Source: Raillietiella orientalis
Lineage: Eukaryota
Length of the DNA stretch: 64,000 bases
Assembly: GCA_036172245.1 (NCBI GenBank)
Contig: JAYWIR010000003.1
Span: 682,001 to 746,000, forward strand
Reading direction: 5' to 3'
The first letter of the stretch is position 1, and each line of letters begins with the position of its first letter. A program made the position numbers and the translations under genes. This document shows, one piece after another, positions 28,881-43,081 of this stretch. The notes below the pieces were generated by a model. The model saw only the letters and a program-made list of their open reading frames with translations. It was not told the DNA's origin and made no database searches.

Positions 28881-31800
28881 TTATGCTTCACACTTGATTA
28901 TCTTCTTAAAAATTCTCTTCTGTGTATAAAATAAACCAGCAAGCAGCAGCAATAATAAACAGGAAATTGTAATGGCTAAAGCTATAATAAGAGCTAAAAA
29001 GCATTCAAAGAATTCATTTTAATTATAGGCTTACAAAGCATATGGCAATAAAAATTATGTTAAGCACATTAAATATGATTTCTTATAAAAAATAATAATA
29101 ATAATTCAGTATGATACAACAAATTTAGAGAAAACAAAAAAAAAAACAAATAAATTAACAAACTTGCACAAGTTATTAATACAATAGATGAGCACTACCT
29201 CCATATACAATGAGTTTTAAAATAATTTGCTCATATTTAAAAGGCTACACCATTCACATTATACTTCAAATCTTGAATCTGAAAACTTACAAGCAATGAA
29301 CAAAATGAACACTGAACTGATGTGTACACAACATAATTGTGAGCTTGATTCGAGATCATTAAATACAAAACTTAACAAAAATAAAATAAATCAGAAAACG
29401 AAATCAGAAAATAAAATATCTAGGTAATGAAATACGGCATAATAATTGAAGTTTTTAAAAGCCTTATAAAAAAAGGAAGTCAAATGACAAAGTGCTTCAA
29501 ATCCTGGAATTCTTGAAGTAGTTAAATAAATAAACCATCCTACACACCTAAATAAGTAAACTAGTCATTTGTAGATGCAACTGCATTCCTTTGATGAAAA
29601 ACAAAAATGATATTATGGTAGCGCTTGCCTGGTGTTTCATTTTATATTTGTTATCACATCAAGTATCGACTTCTACAGCAAATAACAATTACAACATCAA
29701 CATATAGAATCATCATACTAGTTCTGCAAGAATCGCTTTCCTAAGACTGCAACAGAAACTTCACAATGCAGTTATGACCTTTAGGAGCTAATGCTTTCAA
29801 TAAGATAAGAATGATGGATACAAATATACAAATTGTTTAATCCACCGATCCATTCCCACACAAACAGACTTAATAAACCCCGATATATTTCAAAATTTCA
29901 TTTCATTGTGCTGAACGGACTGTACCAAACAATTTTCCCTCAACTCTAACAAGTAATGCAAGTTTCATGCCTTTTTGTTAATGTAACGGTATTTGAGATT
30001 ATTTATAGGAGCAGTCCAAGATTTGCTATTATTTCACGACTTCAATGTTCATTCTTGAATGCATTAATCACTGTATTAACTATTTAATCAATTAATTTAA
30101 ACTGAAACCATGTACTCTGATAAAAGCTTCAACTGAACTCAAAAACAAAAGAACACATTCAGGGTATTGCAAAAGATATACTTATGATATTTAATCAGAG
30201 TTGTAATCAAAGTTACAAAAGATTTTCTGTCAAAATCCGTCAAAATTCAAACACATAACTTTAACTATACCTTGACTATATGAATCTGTGTCTGTATGTA
30301 CACTCTGCATACATTCCTTTTCCCAATCATCAGGAATAACTGGAGAAACTATAATGGTGAAATTGCTTAAGGGACAAAGAGAACCACAATCTTTCAATTC
30401 CAATTTGCGAGGGTTGACCAATGGATCTGCTGAAACTCGATAGTACAGCTAGACAAATGAAAGCAATTTTACAATTACAATATTCATACACAAGGACGCA
30501 TTAAAAACTGAAGTTAGAAGAACATTCTACTCCATATTACATTATGGTATACTCTATAATTTTATCTTTAAACAAGAACATCACTAAAGATCTCTCAAAA
30601 GGCTACAAACTGAAAGTGTTTGTTAAAACAAAATTTCATTTAATCCCCTACTTTTGTAACATACTGAGAATCCGTTTTATGGAGTTCTATCATAATGTGT
30701 GCCCCATAGGAAGGAGGCACTCCATCATACAAGCCCAAAGCTGATAAAAATGAGACAATAGTAGTATCATGACCAAAATAGAAAAACAATTTCCTGTTAT
30801 CAAGACCATTCTTTTTTCTTTCCATATTTTTCAATATAACCTTTAGTAGAGGACCTAAAATGAAACTTATATAGGATGGCTTATCGCAGTACCACATGAA
30901 GTTTCAAATTCTTTCCAAAAGTTTGGTCAATCACGCAGCATAACAAAGGAGATTTCACAGCAGCATAGTATCTCGAATGCAATAAGGAACTGCACATGAA
31001 TATTACATTAATACTTTGATAAAAAGTAATACGAATGTAAATGTTGAATAAATACATTCAAATGATGTTTTTTCTTCAACAAATTCAAACACACTAAAGC
31101 AACTAGAAACGCTGATATTAAATAAGTATTGCTTAAATGTTTGATAAGGTATTGATTAATTTTGATTTCATTGTCAAATACACATAAAAACTTGCGACAA
31201 ATTAGATGGTTACCAGATAATCAATAAAATACAAACCTCCTCTTAACTTTCGTAAAAGTGGAGTCTTTACAAACAACTCAAAACCCAAATCATAAAACGG
31301 TCTAAGTTTTTCAGGGTATACAAGTTTGCTCCACTCAGGAAGAGAATGATTATGTAAATCCTATTAAACAAAATGAAAACACTGATAATTCGTGTTGAAA
31401 ACTTAAATCACCATGATGGATAAAGTATCATATAACATTTTAGTTTTCTCTATGCTGCTGATAGGATCACCTGTATAATGGCTCAGGTTTTCATACAAAT
31501 TCTTACTTGCTTCATTAAACTCGACAACTTCTGGTAAAAGTGATACTCTCTCTTTTTCTTCATCAATTTCTGTGCACTTGGCAGATAAGCCAATCAACTA
31601 AAGGAAACACTGTGTTAGGAATAAAAAGATGAAAAAATAAGAACATGAACTATGATAAAAGAAAGAGTAGTAAATTTAGAAAATTTATGATCCACTTATT
31701 CTTTTAAGACATCATGAGAATTGTAGTGCAATGTTACAACAATCTTAGTGAAATGCATCACGGAACTTTGGGTATCATACACTGCAATTATAAGAACTGT

Positions 31801-34009
31801 AATGGAAATTGCATCAAACAGAACAGTCAATTTCAGCAATTTCAGCTAGGATTGCCAAATTAAGTCAACCTCCTACTTATTAGCAGCATGACTTTGCAAT
31901 GTGTTAGAATGGTTAAGAGCTTTGTAACAATAAGTATTCATGTAAAAGGGTAGAATAAGTACTAAAAATCCAACACAAATACAAGAATTTGGATCCACAG
32001 TGCTAGCAGCTTTCAATCCCATGATGCCTTGATAACTTTGTAGATGTGAGTATTGAAAAATTGGCATGCTAAAAATTTGCTAAAAATGCTGACTAAAAAT
32101 GATTCTGAACTCTTAACTTCCCAATTAATAATTACGTTTTCATAACAGAATCTTATTTACACCGAGAAAACAAACTGAAAAACAATAAGTACCTCATCTC
32201 CTTCATGTGGAATGGAATGGACAGGAATGGGAGACCATGGAAGGTTATTCTGAACTTGTTTTTGTTGAGCAGGATATAACCCCATCAAAACACATAGACC
32301 ACTCATGATAGTCCTGTCTACGTCTGAACTTTGACAATAGACATCCCGTTCATCATACATCATAGGAATGAAATCTCTATATCGATTCTTCAAATATTCT
32401 CCCACATTATACATCGTGAGTTTTCCGACCTTCAGAAAATAAAACAAATAATTAGAATCTTTTAAGATAGCTCTACATAAATTAACGATACATTACTGTT
32501 CAAATACACATATGGAGAAACTCAAAAATCACAAGCAAATTTTCAAATGAAGTCAAAAGAAATTCATTGCTTTCAATTTGACAACTGATTTTCCGGTGTT
32601 TTAAATTACTAAATTACTGATTATCAACTGACAAACAATGATTCACCCAGCTAATTTGAATTAAGACAGACATACATCAACCAATTGCCCTGGATGCTGA
32701 ATCCAGCTATCATTGCCTGGGTAGTTCTTGAAAAAATATATAGGTGTTCTTTCTCCATGACGAGCAATCTTCAGAATAAAAAGTGGTATTACTAATGATT
32801 AAAGAATTAAAAAATGGAAAAATACTTAGAACTCAAGGGTTGGATAAAGCAATCAATTTTTAAAAACAAACCCCATGGCAATAAAATGTTCCATAAACTT
32901 CAATAATGTTAAAACAAAGCAAATGACAAGTAATTAACTAAACTAAATTGAAAATGCTGTTCTATACTCAATGAAATTGAAGCTTTTGGAATATTCATAT
33001 TACCAACATTTCATGGGGACTTTCAATACAAGTTAAAATTCTCAATATGCATTTTTATTTGGTAAATACTTAATCAAGTACTTTGAGGTAGCCTGTTCAT
33101 AACAATGATTCTAAACTTTCAGTCATTCTTATTTCATATACCATAAGAAAGTTGTTTGCTTTCCCAACATACTTCAAATGAATGAATGCACAGACTACTC
33201 TAATACGTTGAAGTAATGGCCATGCAAACAAATGTTTCATATAAAATATGTTGCTGCATAGTTTAAAATTTAAATCAAATCTTTCTAAATGATAACCATA
33301 GAATTCATGGTTTCAATAGAAATGTGGGTAAGGAACAATGGGTGCTTGGAAAAAGACTGGAACTTGCAAGATAATGATTTAGTAAAAAATTATAGTAGAC
33401 GAAATGTATCACTTGGTGCATAAAAACGTTTATATCTGTTGAAACAAGGATCTTAAAACACATAAAACCAACATGAGTTAACTCCAAAGTAAAAAAAAAA
33501 AAAAAAACAAAGGCAAATTTCATCACTATATCTTTAATTTATTACATATAAAGCATAAATCCTATGCAGAAAAACCACATCAGCAAATGCATCCACTTTC
33601 AGAATTACTGTTAATCTTCATTATTCGAATGCAATTACTGTGGCAAATGCAACAAAAGTGGGTGCGTCATGGTGATCCACTCATCACTTGAGTAATGCAT
33701 GAGACATGAAACCCATAGCAAAAGGAAATCAAATCACTGTTTACTGATTCAACTACATATCTCAATTTGTGAGCACACAAAATGACTTGCTTTACAATCA
33801 CATAGACTCACTCATGTCTAAACACAAAAAGGAAATGATATGCAAACATGTTTGGGGGATTTTACATAAGCATTTGAGCTTGTATGAAATGCTGCTGTAT
33901 GGACTAAGGAAATCATAAAACTTACCACATTTAACAATACCAATTCAGAATGAAAAGAATCAAAACAATTTAATAATAATGCCAAACTGGTGATAAGAAA
34001 ACAGGCCAT
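28881..34009 (-). CDS. ACP2: Histidine acid phosphatase, lysosomal/prostatic type (ACP2/ACP3/Acph-1-like), about 405 aa, with signal peptide and C-terminal transmembrane helix
   Basis: 8 exons: 34009-33926, 32768-32676, 32429-32193, 31597-31412, 31360-31237, 30854-30652, 30448-30271, 28993-28881 (1,218 nt, in frame). Hydrophobic N-terminus MACFLITSLALLL. Catalytic motifs RHGERTP, SSDVDRTIMS and FGHDTT. The last exon (ALIIALAITISCLLLLLLAGLFY then TQKRIFKKIIKCEA*) is less certain than the others. Confidence 0.92.
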
Positions 34010-36644
34010 TTTGCTGGAAACCTTAAATTCCCAAATGTGGGCAGGAAAGATATTCAACAATCATAGTCTAAATGCATGTTAAGCATAGAACAAATTTTCG
34101 TATGTTCACATGTATGTCTTTATATAAATACCCATTTGCGGATATATATATATCACTTATACAACTGTAAATGTCTTAAAGAGTTTTTAAAACAACCATC
34201 GTTTATCAGCTAGGTATGTTCTTGAAAAACTAAGCCCAACTATATTGTTCTTATTTATGAATTGCCTTAAGCATATATTTCTGTGGATAAAGGAAAACAT
34301 AATCATTTCGTACTGAAATAATGTTCTATTACAAAGTGCATTTAGGAGACTCAATTTATTACTCGGTTATGTCACAGAAAGTCAAGCTAAATCATTAACA
34401 ATAATCAAATGTCTTGGTGGAGATATATTTCGCATTTGGTCTTTGCTAATGGCTTACTCACGATAGCAAGCCTACAGAATAGTAAACCACTGAAAACAGT
34501 ACACCACTGGATCAAACTCGATCTTTGTTTGAATAATTTAAAACGAATTTCCAAACCATAAACTAAACATACGGTTATTCTCTTATTTCTCTTTGAAATA
34601 AATTCTCTCTCTGAATTCTGAATATTTTATATATTTGCAATGGCAGATAACAATCATACACTATATATACAAACATAAGTGCAGCACCCCGGTTCTCACG
34701 CTCGCACTTCACAACATTTACTGAGCAAAGCACAACAGTTGTAAATATGGTTATAGGAAGTACCAAACTTCACTGGGGAATAATACCATATCACCCGAAC
34801 TAAACTCTTAGGGATTCCTTTTGTAACTACACTGAGAATGCATAATTTTACGAAAGTAATTAATTTTTTGGAATGAGCTGAGTGCCATTTTATTATGCTT
34901 TAAGACTTTTACGATTTTAAGTTGAAATGAAAAAAAGCGAAAGTAATGTTTTTAGCCTCATTAGTGGACGAACAAAGCTGATACTTTCTTCTGTTTGACG
35001 CAAAAAATTAAATCAGTAACGACCAGAGTTTTTCAAAACAGAGTAATAATTATCCATTAAGGATGAAATAATTATATGAGTACCAAGAATGATTGCATTC
35101 TGGAGGTCTACAGTATTAGGGATCCAAGCAACTTGGAACATAGGTTACGAACCTGTTTTCAGAAAGCTTGTTCTCCGAACTGGTTTGTCCGAGGAATGGA
35201 AATCTCGAAGGCATTGCCTTTGAAAAAATATGGAAGCGAACACTGCAGGAGTGATAACGTATTATCGCTTTCTATCTTTGAAATGGAAAGCAAGATGACA
35301 ATGAAGACTTCTTGACGTATGTTGAATCAGTCCTAAAGACGTAAAAGCAGTGCTTTATTTTATGAAAAACTGGTATCTTATGTATTGAGACTGACATTAG
35401 GAAAATGCAACTGATTATACGTCAGAACACTTGAATTTTCTTGATAAACTAATTAAAATCGACTGCTGCTTTCGTTTCGAATACAAATGCTGCTTTCATT
35501 TGGCAACTGGATATTTTATTAGGTCTTACCGACAAGTTTTGAGTTCGCCAGTGCTAATGTCTCATGTAAAAGTAATAATGTCAAAATATTTCTGAAGAAT
35601 GAATCCGCCTTTGAGAAATTAACGAAACTAACGGAATGCACATGAATAGGATTGATTTTTCACTTATTTTACTTGTAAAAGGAAATTTCATCTCCACTTC
35701 TCTCTTGAAAACTTGAAAAATATTCCTAAAATCATAATGAGTAATAATAACAAAATCGTTTTTCCTATTCTTTTTTGTTATTATTCTGTTTTAAGAATCT
35801 GACTACTTTATAAGGTAAATTCTTTCCGGTCTTTCATGATCAGTTTTAATTCAGATTTGATTTCAATAAGGGTTAGTTCCGTTTTATGCCATGCTCAATT
35901 TTTATGGTGTTTTCCTAGAAATCTCTCCATTCTGTGAAATAGGTGTCATACTAAAATATACGAAATCAACAATCACTGCTCTTTGTAAATAAAAAAAAAA
36001 GGGGGGGGGGGAACCATACTCGGAACCATGTTCCAGCTTCATTTCCATACCAGAGAGAGCATCTGCTGGGACCAGAAGAGGAAGAAATTATACAATGAAA
36101 GCCGATCTTCATCTCTAGGAGAGAAGCTACAAGAAATACACGTGGAATTTGTTCTTCTGGATTCTCTTGAGCGGTGCACTGCTGATTTCAAAATTATCAA
36201 TTCAGGGAGAGAAAGAACTGCAAAGAGCAACTTGCTCTCTGCGCTTCCCCGGTAACCATGTGAGCTGTCTCTTGGAACCGGAAGTAGGTGCTGAACAGGC
36301 CTGAACTTTAACCTCCTTCCGGCTCAGTCAGAAGGCGAGCAATGCTGACTGTTGGGTTGGCAGGTGGACACATTTTTCCATGTGTATTCTCCCCACAACA
36401 GGAAGCAACTCTAAGCAAATACTTACATCAGATCCTTTTCAATCGAGTTTGAAGCTGTCTGTCCCTTGCCTGGAAGATGTAGTGAACTGAAATGGTATCT
36501 TTGAAGACTAAGAATGAAAAGTTTTGCCTTTCCGCTTTTCATCTGATGAACCAATACCTAGTAGAATGTATTTACCTCGAAGGATCCTTCCAAGGGTATG
36601 CTGATCCTTGGGTTCATTCCAAGACTACAGGTTATTACTCTTGA

Positions 36645-37500
36645 CTTTGGTCCCAAAACTGAAAACCTTCTGTTGTTAGAAAAGATGCACAATATTTCTG
36701 GTTCTCTAAATGCTTGCATTAGATTTTCTGCGGTTCATGGATTGAAGGGTCGTATCTACACTTTTTTTTCTCCATTTCCGTTCCCGCCCATCGTCCACTG
36801 TGGGCGATGAGACCACTGATTTGAAACCGAAGCCACCTCGAGGACCACTGCAGACAAGACACGTCTTTATATGGAACCTCTGGCTAGCGGTTTTCGCTCA
36901 CTGGCAGGAAAAGTTTGGAGTTGTTCCGGGACATTCCTAAGCTCCGAATGACCAGTGTAATTACGAAAACGGATTTTCCAAACAAGTATTGTAATCTTTT
37001 TTTCTATCTAGACACCTAGGGGGCAAACAGATGGTTGGGTCTCTCTTTTTTCAAGGTCCCAATTAGTTTACCGACCCAGCAATAATTATACGCATCTGCA
37101 TTCATCTACGATTTCTAACGATTCTGATTTTTCCAGCTTTTGTCTTTTCGTTTTCTCGCAAACACTTGAATCAAGAACACGGGCAGCTCTTAGGGATGGA
37201 TGCATGCCTCGGTGTTTCAGGGGCATTTCTTTGAATGAGGACATCTGCTGTTTCATACTGCGAAACTTTGTCGGGATTTCAGAAACGAAAAAAAAACTCA
37301 ATTCTGCCTGCTTACAAGAAATCACTGTCTTTCCCTTTCAAAGTTGTGGAAAACAAATCCGCACCCATCCATTTATGAGTTCCGTTCATCGGATCAAGGT
37401 CTTCCACGTCGATAAGAAAGCACACGAAGAAAAGTCTCTGTTTCGGATCGGAAGAAGCAGGAGCTGCAGGAAGCACTCGTTTTCAGTTTTGGGACCAAAG
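36645..37500. repeat. Perfect 22-bp inverted repeat pair spanning 856 bp
   Basis: ctttggtcccaaaactgaaaac at 36645-36666 is the exact reverse complement of gttttcagttttgggaccaaag at 37479-37500. Confidence 0.9.
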
Positions 37501-40500
37501 CAATGGCTCTAGGCAGAATCGGACGCGTTGGTCTTTCCACCAAACCGTCCTCGCCCCTGTGGGTTTCGAAGTCGGAGATCATCCCGGAAGAAAGTCGGTC
37601 GTATCCATCATGGAGCTACAGATAGCATCTCGGCATCAAGATTGTCTTGTGCACGGTTGGTATTGGTGTAGGAAACACTTTAAGAATGACGGAAACGATC
37701 GTAGAGTCGTCAATAGAATGTCACCGTTCTAATGCGCCTTCTTATATCCGAATTTTTTGCAGCTTGCTGCTGCTCGAAGTGATTGCTTCCAATTCACCTG
37801 TTCCCGCAGCACAGATTGACTGACAAGAGATCACGTCAGCTGCCTTTGTACTTAGAAAACGCCTTAACTCGCTTTAAAGGAAATTTACAGAAAAGATTGC
37901 GGAAGTGAGTGCATCATTGAAACTTTTAACCGCTTCTTCTTTATGCCGCACATGCAGTTGTGTTGCGACACGGCAGCAGCCTTTCTAGATTAACAGCTGG
38001 CTGCATCTCGGCCTTCTTCGCTTTCACGTCAAGCAGCAGCATTCTCGAAAAAGAGGCAATGAAAAATTCATGATGGGATGGGTAGCACAAAACACGTAAA
38101 CAACATCGACAGTGATCGGCAATACGTGATATCCAGAGAGAGAAATTCCGCATGTTTTTCGCGTACTGATGCTATGGACTCCATATGGACGAGCGCTATT
38201 AAATTCTATTCGTATTGAGATAAAAGTACAAAGTCGACTACAATCTCTAAATTGATAAAGTTTATCTGTATGTTCTTGGCCGAGAGCACCCGAGTATAAC
38301 CAGTACCGTACATCGGATTCTGTTGCTTCGTGTTCAAACGAAATCAGAAAAGTATCTGATCTTTCTGTTTTCGAATCCGGAGCTTGGGTCGGGATTAAGC
38401 AAACGGATTCTGCAGAAGAAAGCAAAATATCTTTCAGCAGAACAGCTCAAGTCCGTGTGGCTGCCTTTGTTCGTAAATCTCGTGTCCAATTTACTGCTCA
38501 CAAATTCGGGTTGCTCACATGCGGTCGGAGTCTACTTGACAACGTACAAGGAAGAACAAACAGGAGCAGAATTTTTTTCGATCTCTGCCATGATGACGCA
38601 CAAAGAAAAAAAACACCCGGAAATCACGTATTTTCACAACAGAAATTACCGTGGATGTAAACAGCTATTTATCGTTTCTGCTCAAGGACGCTGCCCTGAA
38701 AGAATATGCATTCTGTAGGAATTCCCAGGAGCTGCTGCAACGAGTGCTTTCTAATGCCACATCTCAGCTTGAGCTGCTCGTCACAGAATTCTGAGCTCCT
38801 CTTTTGGGATTCATCTCGAAAGGAAAAAAACAAAAAAAACCGTAACTGTGAAGTTTCTTTACGAATTTTCCGAGTTGAGGAGCAGAAGCCAAGCAATGCG
38901 ATCGTCCGATAGCATGGCTATTGGAAATTTATTGCATAAGCTCACTTTTATCATCCAGTGTTTCGTAACTGAATGCAGATGATTTCAAAACGGAAAGCTG
39001 ATAAACTTGTCACTCTCAGCACGAGTAACTTGCAGGCAGGAAAAAGAAAAAAAAGCCAAAAAAAAAAAAAAATCGATGATAATTTGCAAACGTATTTAGA
39101 TCCTACGGCCGAAACGCACAAAGAAGCAGCCTGGCAGTTCCCAATTGAAAGTCCACGAACCACTTCTAATGCCAAAGGCCTATGCACTTTGTGCATTTTG
39201 GTAAAACACGGGGGCTTTCCTTTCTGAGAGAAACGCGACGGACTGAGCCGCTCGTAAAAAAACTCTTCGCGATGCTCTTCAAGAAATGACGGAAGACGCA
39301 GCCGTTTTGCTGTACGATGGACCCAAGGCGGAAAATCCGTACAGGCCTTCCGGCTTCCTGACAAAGTCTCAAAGAGTTCAGAACTGTGAGCTGCTCAGAA
39401 CTGCTCAGAATTGTTCGGAGGAAGAAGTTCCTTTTCTGGCAACTTCGCAGCACGGAGATATTCAAAAGATGACATGCAGCAGATGCTACGTAACGCTTAA
39501 TCTAAAACAAATCGACAAATTCTGATAATCGATACGATAATCGTTTATGTGAAATGTACAGCGAACCAATCACGTCTTCCAGCGTGTCCAAGAGCTCTCG
39601 ACAAGAGCAAGAACGTGAGTTTCCAGACAAAATCATATAGAATATTCACAGTCATTGTGAAAGTATCCAATGATATGCAGCAATGAAACCTCGTGTCATT
39701 GCATAAGAGGATCCACGGAGCCTGATGAAGGTGTCCCAAAGGCTCTGAAGAAACTGTTCGTCGAGAATACTGCTTCTCCCTTCAGGGACGAAAAAAAGGT
39801 TCGGCGGATCGCCGCGAGCACAGACTTTCAGCTTCTCTTCAGATGCTTTCGCTTTCCATCAGATGCAAGACGTGGTGCACTTCCGCATGTGGAGAACCGG
39901 CGGCGTGGCCGCACGCTCGCCGATCCATTGTGTGTGCGGCGTGAACGCACGGAAACCAACGGAGAGGAGCTGCTCCTTGGTTCCAGCTCCCTCCCTCCCC
40001 CCCCCCCCCTACTTTATTTCGTGTTGCAGCCTTAGGCAAGGCACTGTTCCTCCGAGATTCTTTGACGTGTATGAGACCACGTCAGAGGCTCCATAAACAC
40101 AACTCGGAATTTCCAAAGGCGAAATTTAGGGAACTTTCTTTCTTCTTGTTCCTTATCGCTGGAAAAAAAAAAAAGAAAAGAGAGGAGGAGGTGCCAGGAT
40201 ATATCCCTGTATCGCCCTATTGGAGATGAGACGCAAGCTCTTCATGACGGAAGGGGGGGGGGGAAGGAAAAAATAAACATTTTATTGGAAACAAGTAGAA
40301 ATCGATCTGCACAAGTGAAAAATGAATCAAAGATCCACAAATCATAAACTTTTCGTCAGCCGTCACGTTGATTGGAAGATTCCACGTGGCATCTGATAGT
40401 TCAGTGGGAAAATTGCGTCGAGAGCACTGCAGTTCTCATCTCACGCAAACTCTCGACCTCTCTGAGAATAGGAAGCAACTACGTAAACCAAACAAACTAT

Positions 40501-43081
40501 ATGGATGTAATAAAATGATCAGGATCGTGGAAAGTGCATGGCGGTTGCTTCTGGTGGTCGATGCCCAGCTAGCAAAAAGAGTAGCACAAGTTCAAAGGCT
40601 GCCAACTCTATAAGAGCCACAGGCTCTCCGGCCCTCGCAAGCTTATCAGCTTTATTCTTATGGGCACGCGTGGCCACACGTTTATGCCTCTCCTGCTTTC
40701 AATGTGAGACCTTTCAGCATGATGCAGATGCCTCTTCCGATTCAACAGACTTTACGCCGTATGCAGCACCGGGTCCTGGGGACATTAGGCCGTTAAAAGA
40801 CATCCACTGCAACTGCTGATCTGTTGATAATCTTAACGAGAACACGAGGAAGGATTCTACAAATGTCTATTGAAGAAGCAATTCATATGCATAAAAGGCA
40901 GAAGTGATGAAGAAGGAAGAAAAAAAAAAAACGAACCAACCACGTTGCACCATAAGACAGGTTTAAAGCAGGGATTGATACGTGGAATCAGGAACGCATT
41001 TGCCATTCACAGGAAATGAATGCCACAGGCAATGCGTTCGTATCATCAAAGTTAAGGTGAAGACGGGAACGGTACATTAGTTGCGAACAGTCAGTCAGCA
41101 GTCCCCACAAAAGTCAGTCCATAAAAAAATTCGAGCAACTATAAATCTGGGACATACGCATACTCTTAAATTGCTTTATGAGCAACGTTCATGTGACTAC
41201 TTTGAGATGACAGATACGTCGAGTCGGTACTGGCAAAAACCCATTGAGACCCATATCAAAGTGAGAAGGTGGAGAATGCCCTTTCGAATGAAGGTGAGTT
41301 CTTTTCGAGTCCGACTGGCACAATCACAACTCGCGTGGAAATCATGCTCGACTCATTCTGGAATTCTACGTACATGCGTGCTGCACGTGCAGCCGCACAG
41401 AAATGCTCGAAAGCCTATCGGGTCTACAGAAATGCCAATCTTTTGCCAGCATAAAAACCGGAACTGTCTTCTTTAGTTGGGCCAAAAGATCATTTTAGCA
41501 TTCGTGTGTGCCTTAAGCGTTGCACTTACCACGGTGAGCACGTCTTCGGAAACCTCCAGCGAATTGCGGCACACGCAGTGGAGCTTTCTCTGCGAAGATG
41601 ACCCGCGCTGCCCCCTCCACCGTGCTACCCTTTTCCTCTCGAGCAAGTGCAACTTCCTGTGCTCGGATCATCTCATTCCGTCTTCGCATCCATTCCTTGC
41701 GCCTCCCAGCTCGCCTTCGAGCGCTCTGTGGTCTTCAGAGGCAAACTCACAGACCGCTTCTGCTCGATGGCCTCAAGAGATCACGGGAGCTGCAACAAAC
41801 GGCGGAGGAACAGCCTCAGAGGCGCCAAATCACTCTGCTGCCCGTTACGCTGTCCGCTCCCAACCTCTTCTCTCTAGACTCGACGCGGCACTGCCTGATG
41901 CCACGTCCATCCCAACTGCCTACGAGAAACATGTGCACGCACAACACGCACACCTTGGTCCTTCCTCCTCAGGGCAGTCAACACGGGAGCGATGAAGAGG
42001 CACTCACCGACTTGATGAACGCGCATTTCAGCCAAAGTTCGGCTCGAAAGCAAACGCTTCCGAACGGATTACCGGCGTTCGTGCGATATTTAATTTCATT
42101 TTAAAGTACCCCTGGAATTCAGTAGCCAACCTCAGCAGTCGGCATGCGTAATTAAACCAAAGAGCGAACAACTCGTGGATGCTGCTGACGACGACCGGAA
42201 AGCAGATGCGACTTCCGACATGTGCTTTCTGTCCCTTATCTTCGCCACTGTTCGCCATTACGCGACATTTCGCGGTGTCGTGCCGGCTGCACACCTTCAT
42301 GCCCGACTCTGCACAGTTCACTTCCTGGAGGAACTGTGAACACACACTTTTCGATGCCGTTCCGACCGCATTCTTCAGATCACTTTGCGACAACTTGCAA
42401 ATTCTATACCAAAAATCCTTGGGGCTTCGATGCGTGCACGGAGAGTGAGGGATTGATTACACGGCAGAAGTTTTCTGGGAGCACCTCGCTTCCCATGGGC
42501 CACGAATCCTGGATTCTACATCCGACCTCGATCTAAGGAAGGAAGTTTAAGGAAGGAAGGAAGCAACGTTTCGGCTTCAAAACTGTGCCCGAAATAATTA
42601 AGATCCCGTTGCCAATCTCGAATCTTGGGAGTTTATTCACGATTGCCGTTGTGTGACAAACCAATAACAAAAACAAATGAATCCATGAAAGTCCACAGTT
42701 GCATAACATTTATAATAACAGTGCATTCCTCCTCCACTGGACGTCTGAAGCATTTAAGAACAAATGAACCTCAATGAAGCAAAATCGGGCGGTCGAGCTG
42801 AAATGGACACATTTATATTTGTGATGCTGGGTCCATGTCCAAAGCAAGACGAGCCATGTTCGCTCACACGAGTCCCCTCAACCTCAGGCTCCGATGAACT
42901 TCAGAATCAGAACCTTTGGACAAAGAAAAACGTGCGATGCGTCTTGCATGCCAGATAATAAACAAACACAACAACACCATAATGAATAATTAGTGCATTA
43001 TCATCAACTATAGAAACATTGATATTTTTTCTCAATAATTTCGACAAATCTTATAGAAAAAAAAGGGGGGTAACGACTAGA

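Noticed and set aside
40538..40819. AAPGPGDI as a non-LTR RT APGPDG motif
   Set aside because: No supporting downstream RT motifs found; too short to call.
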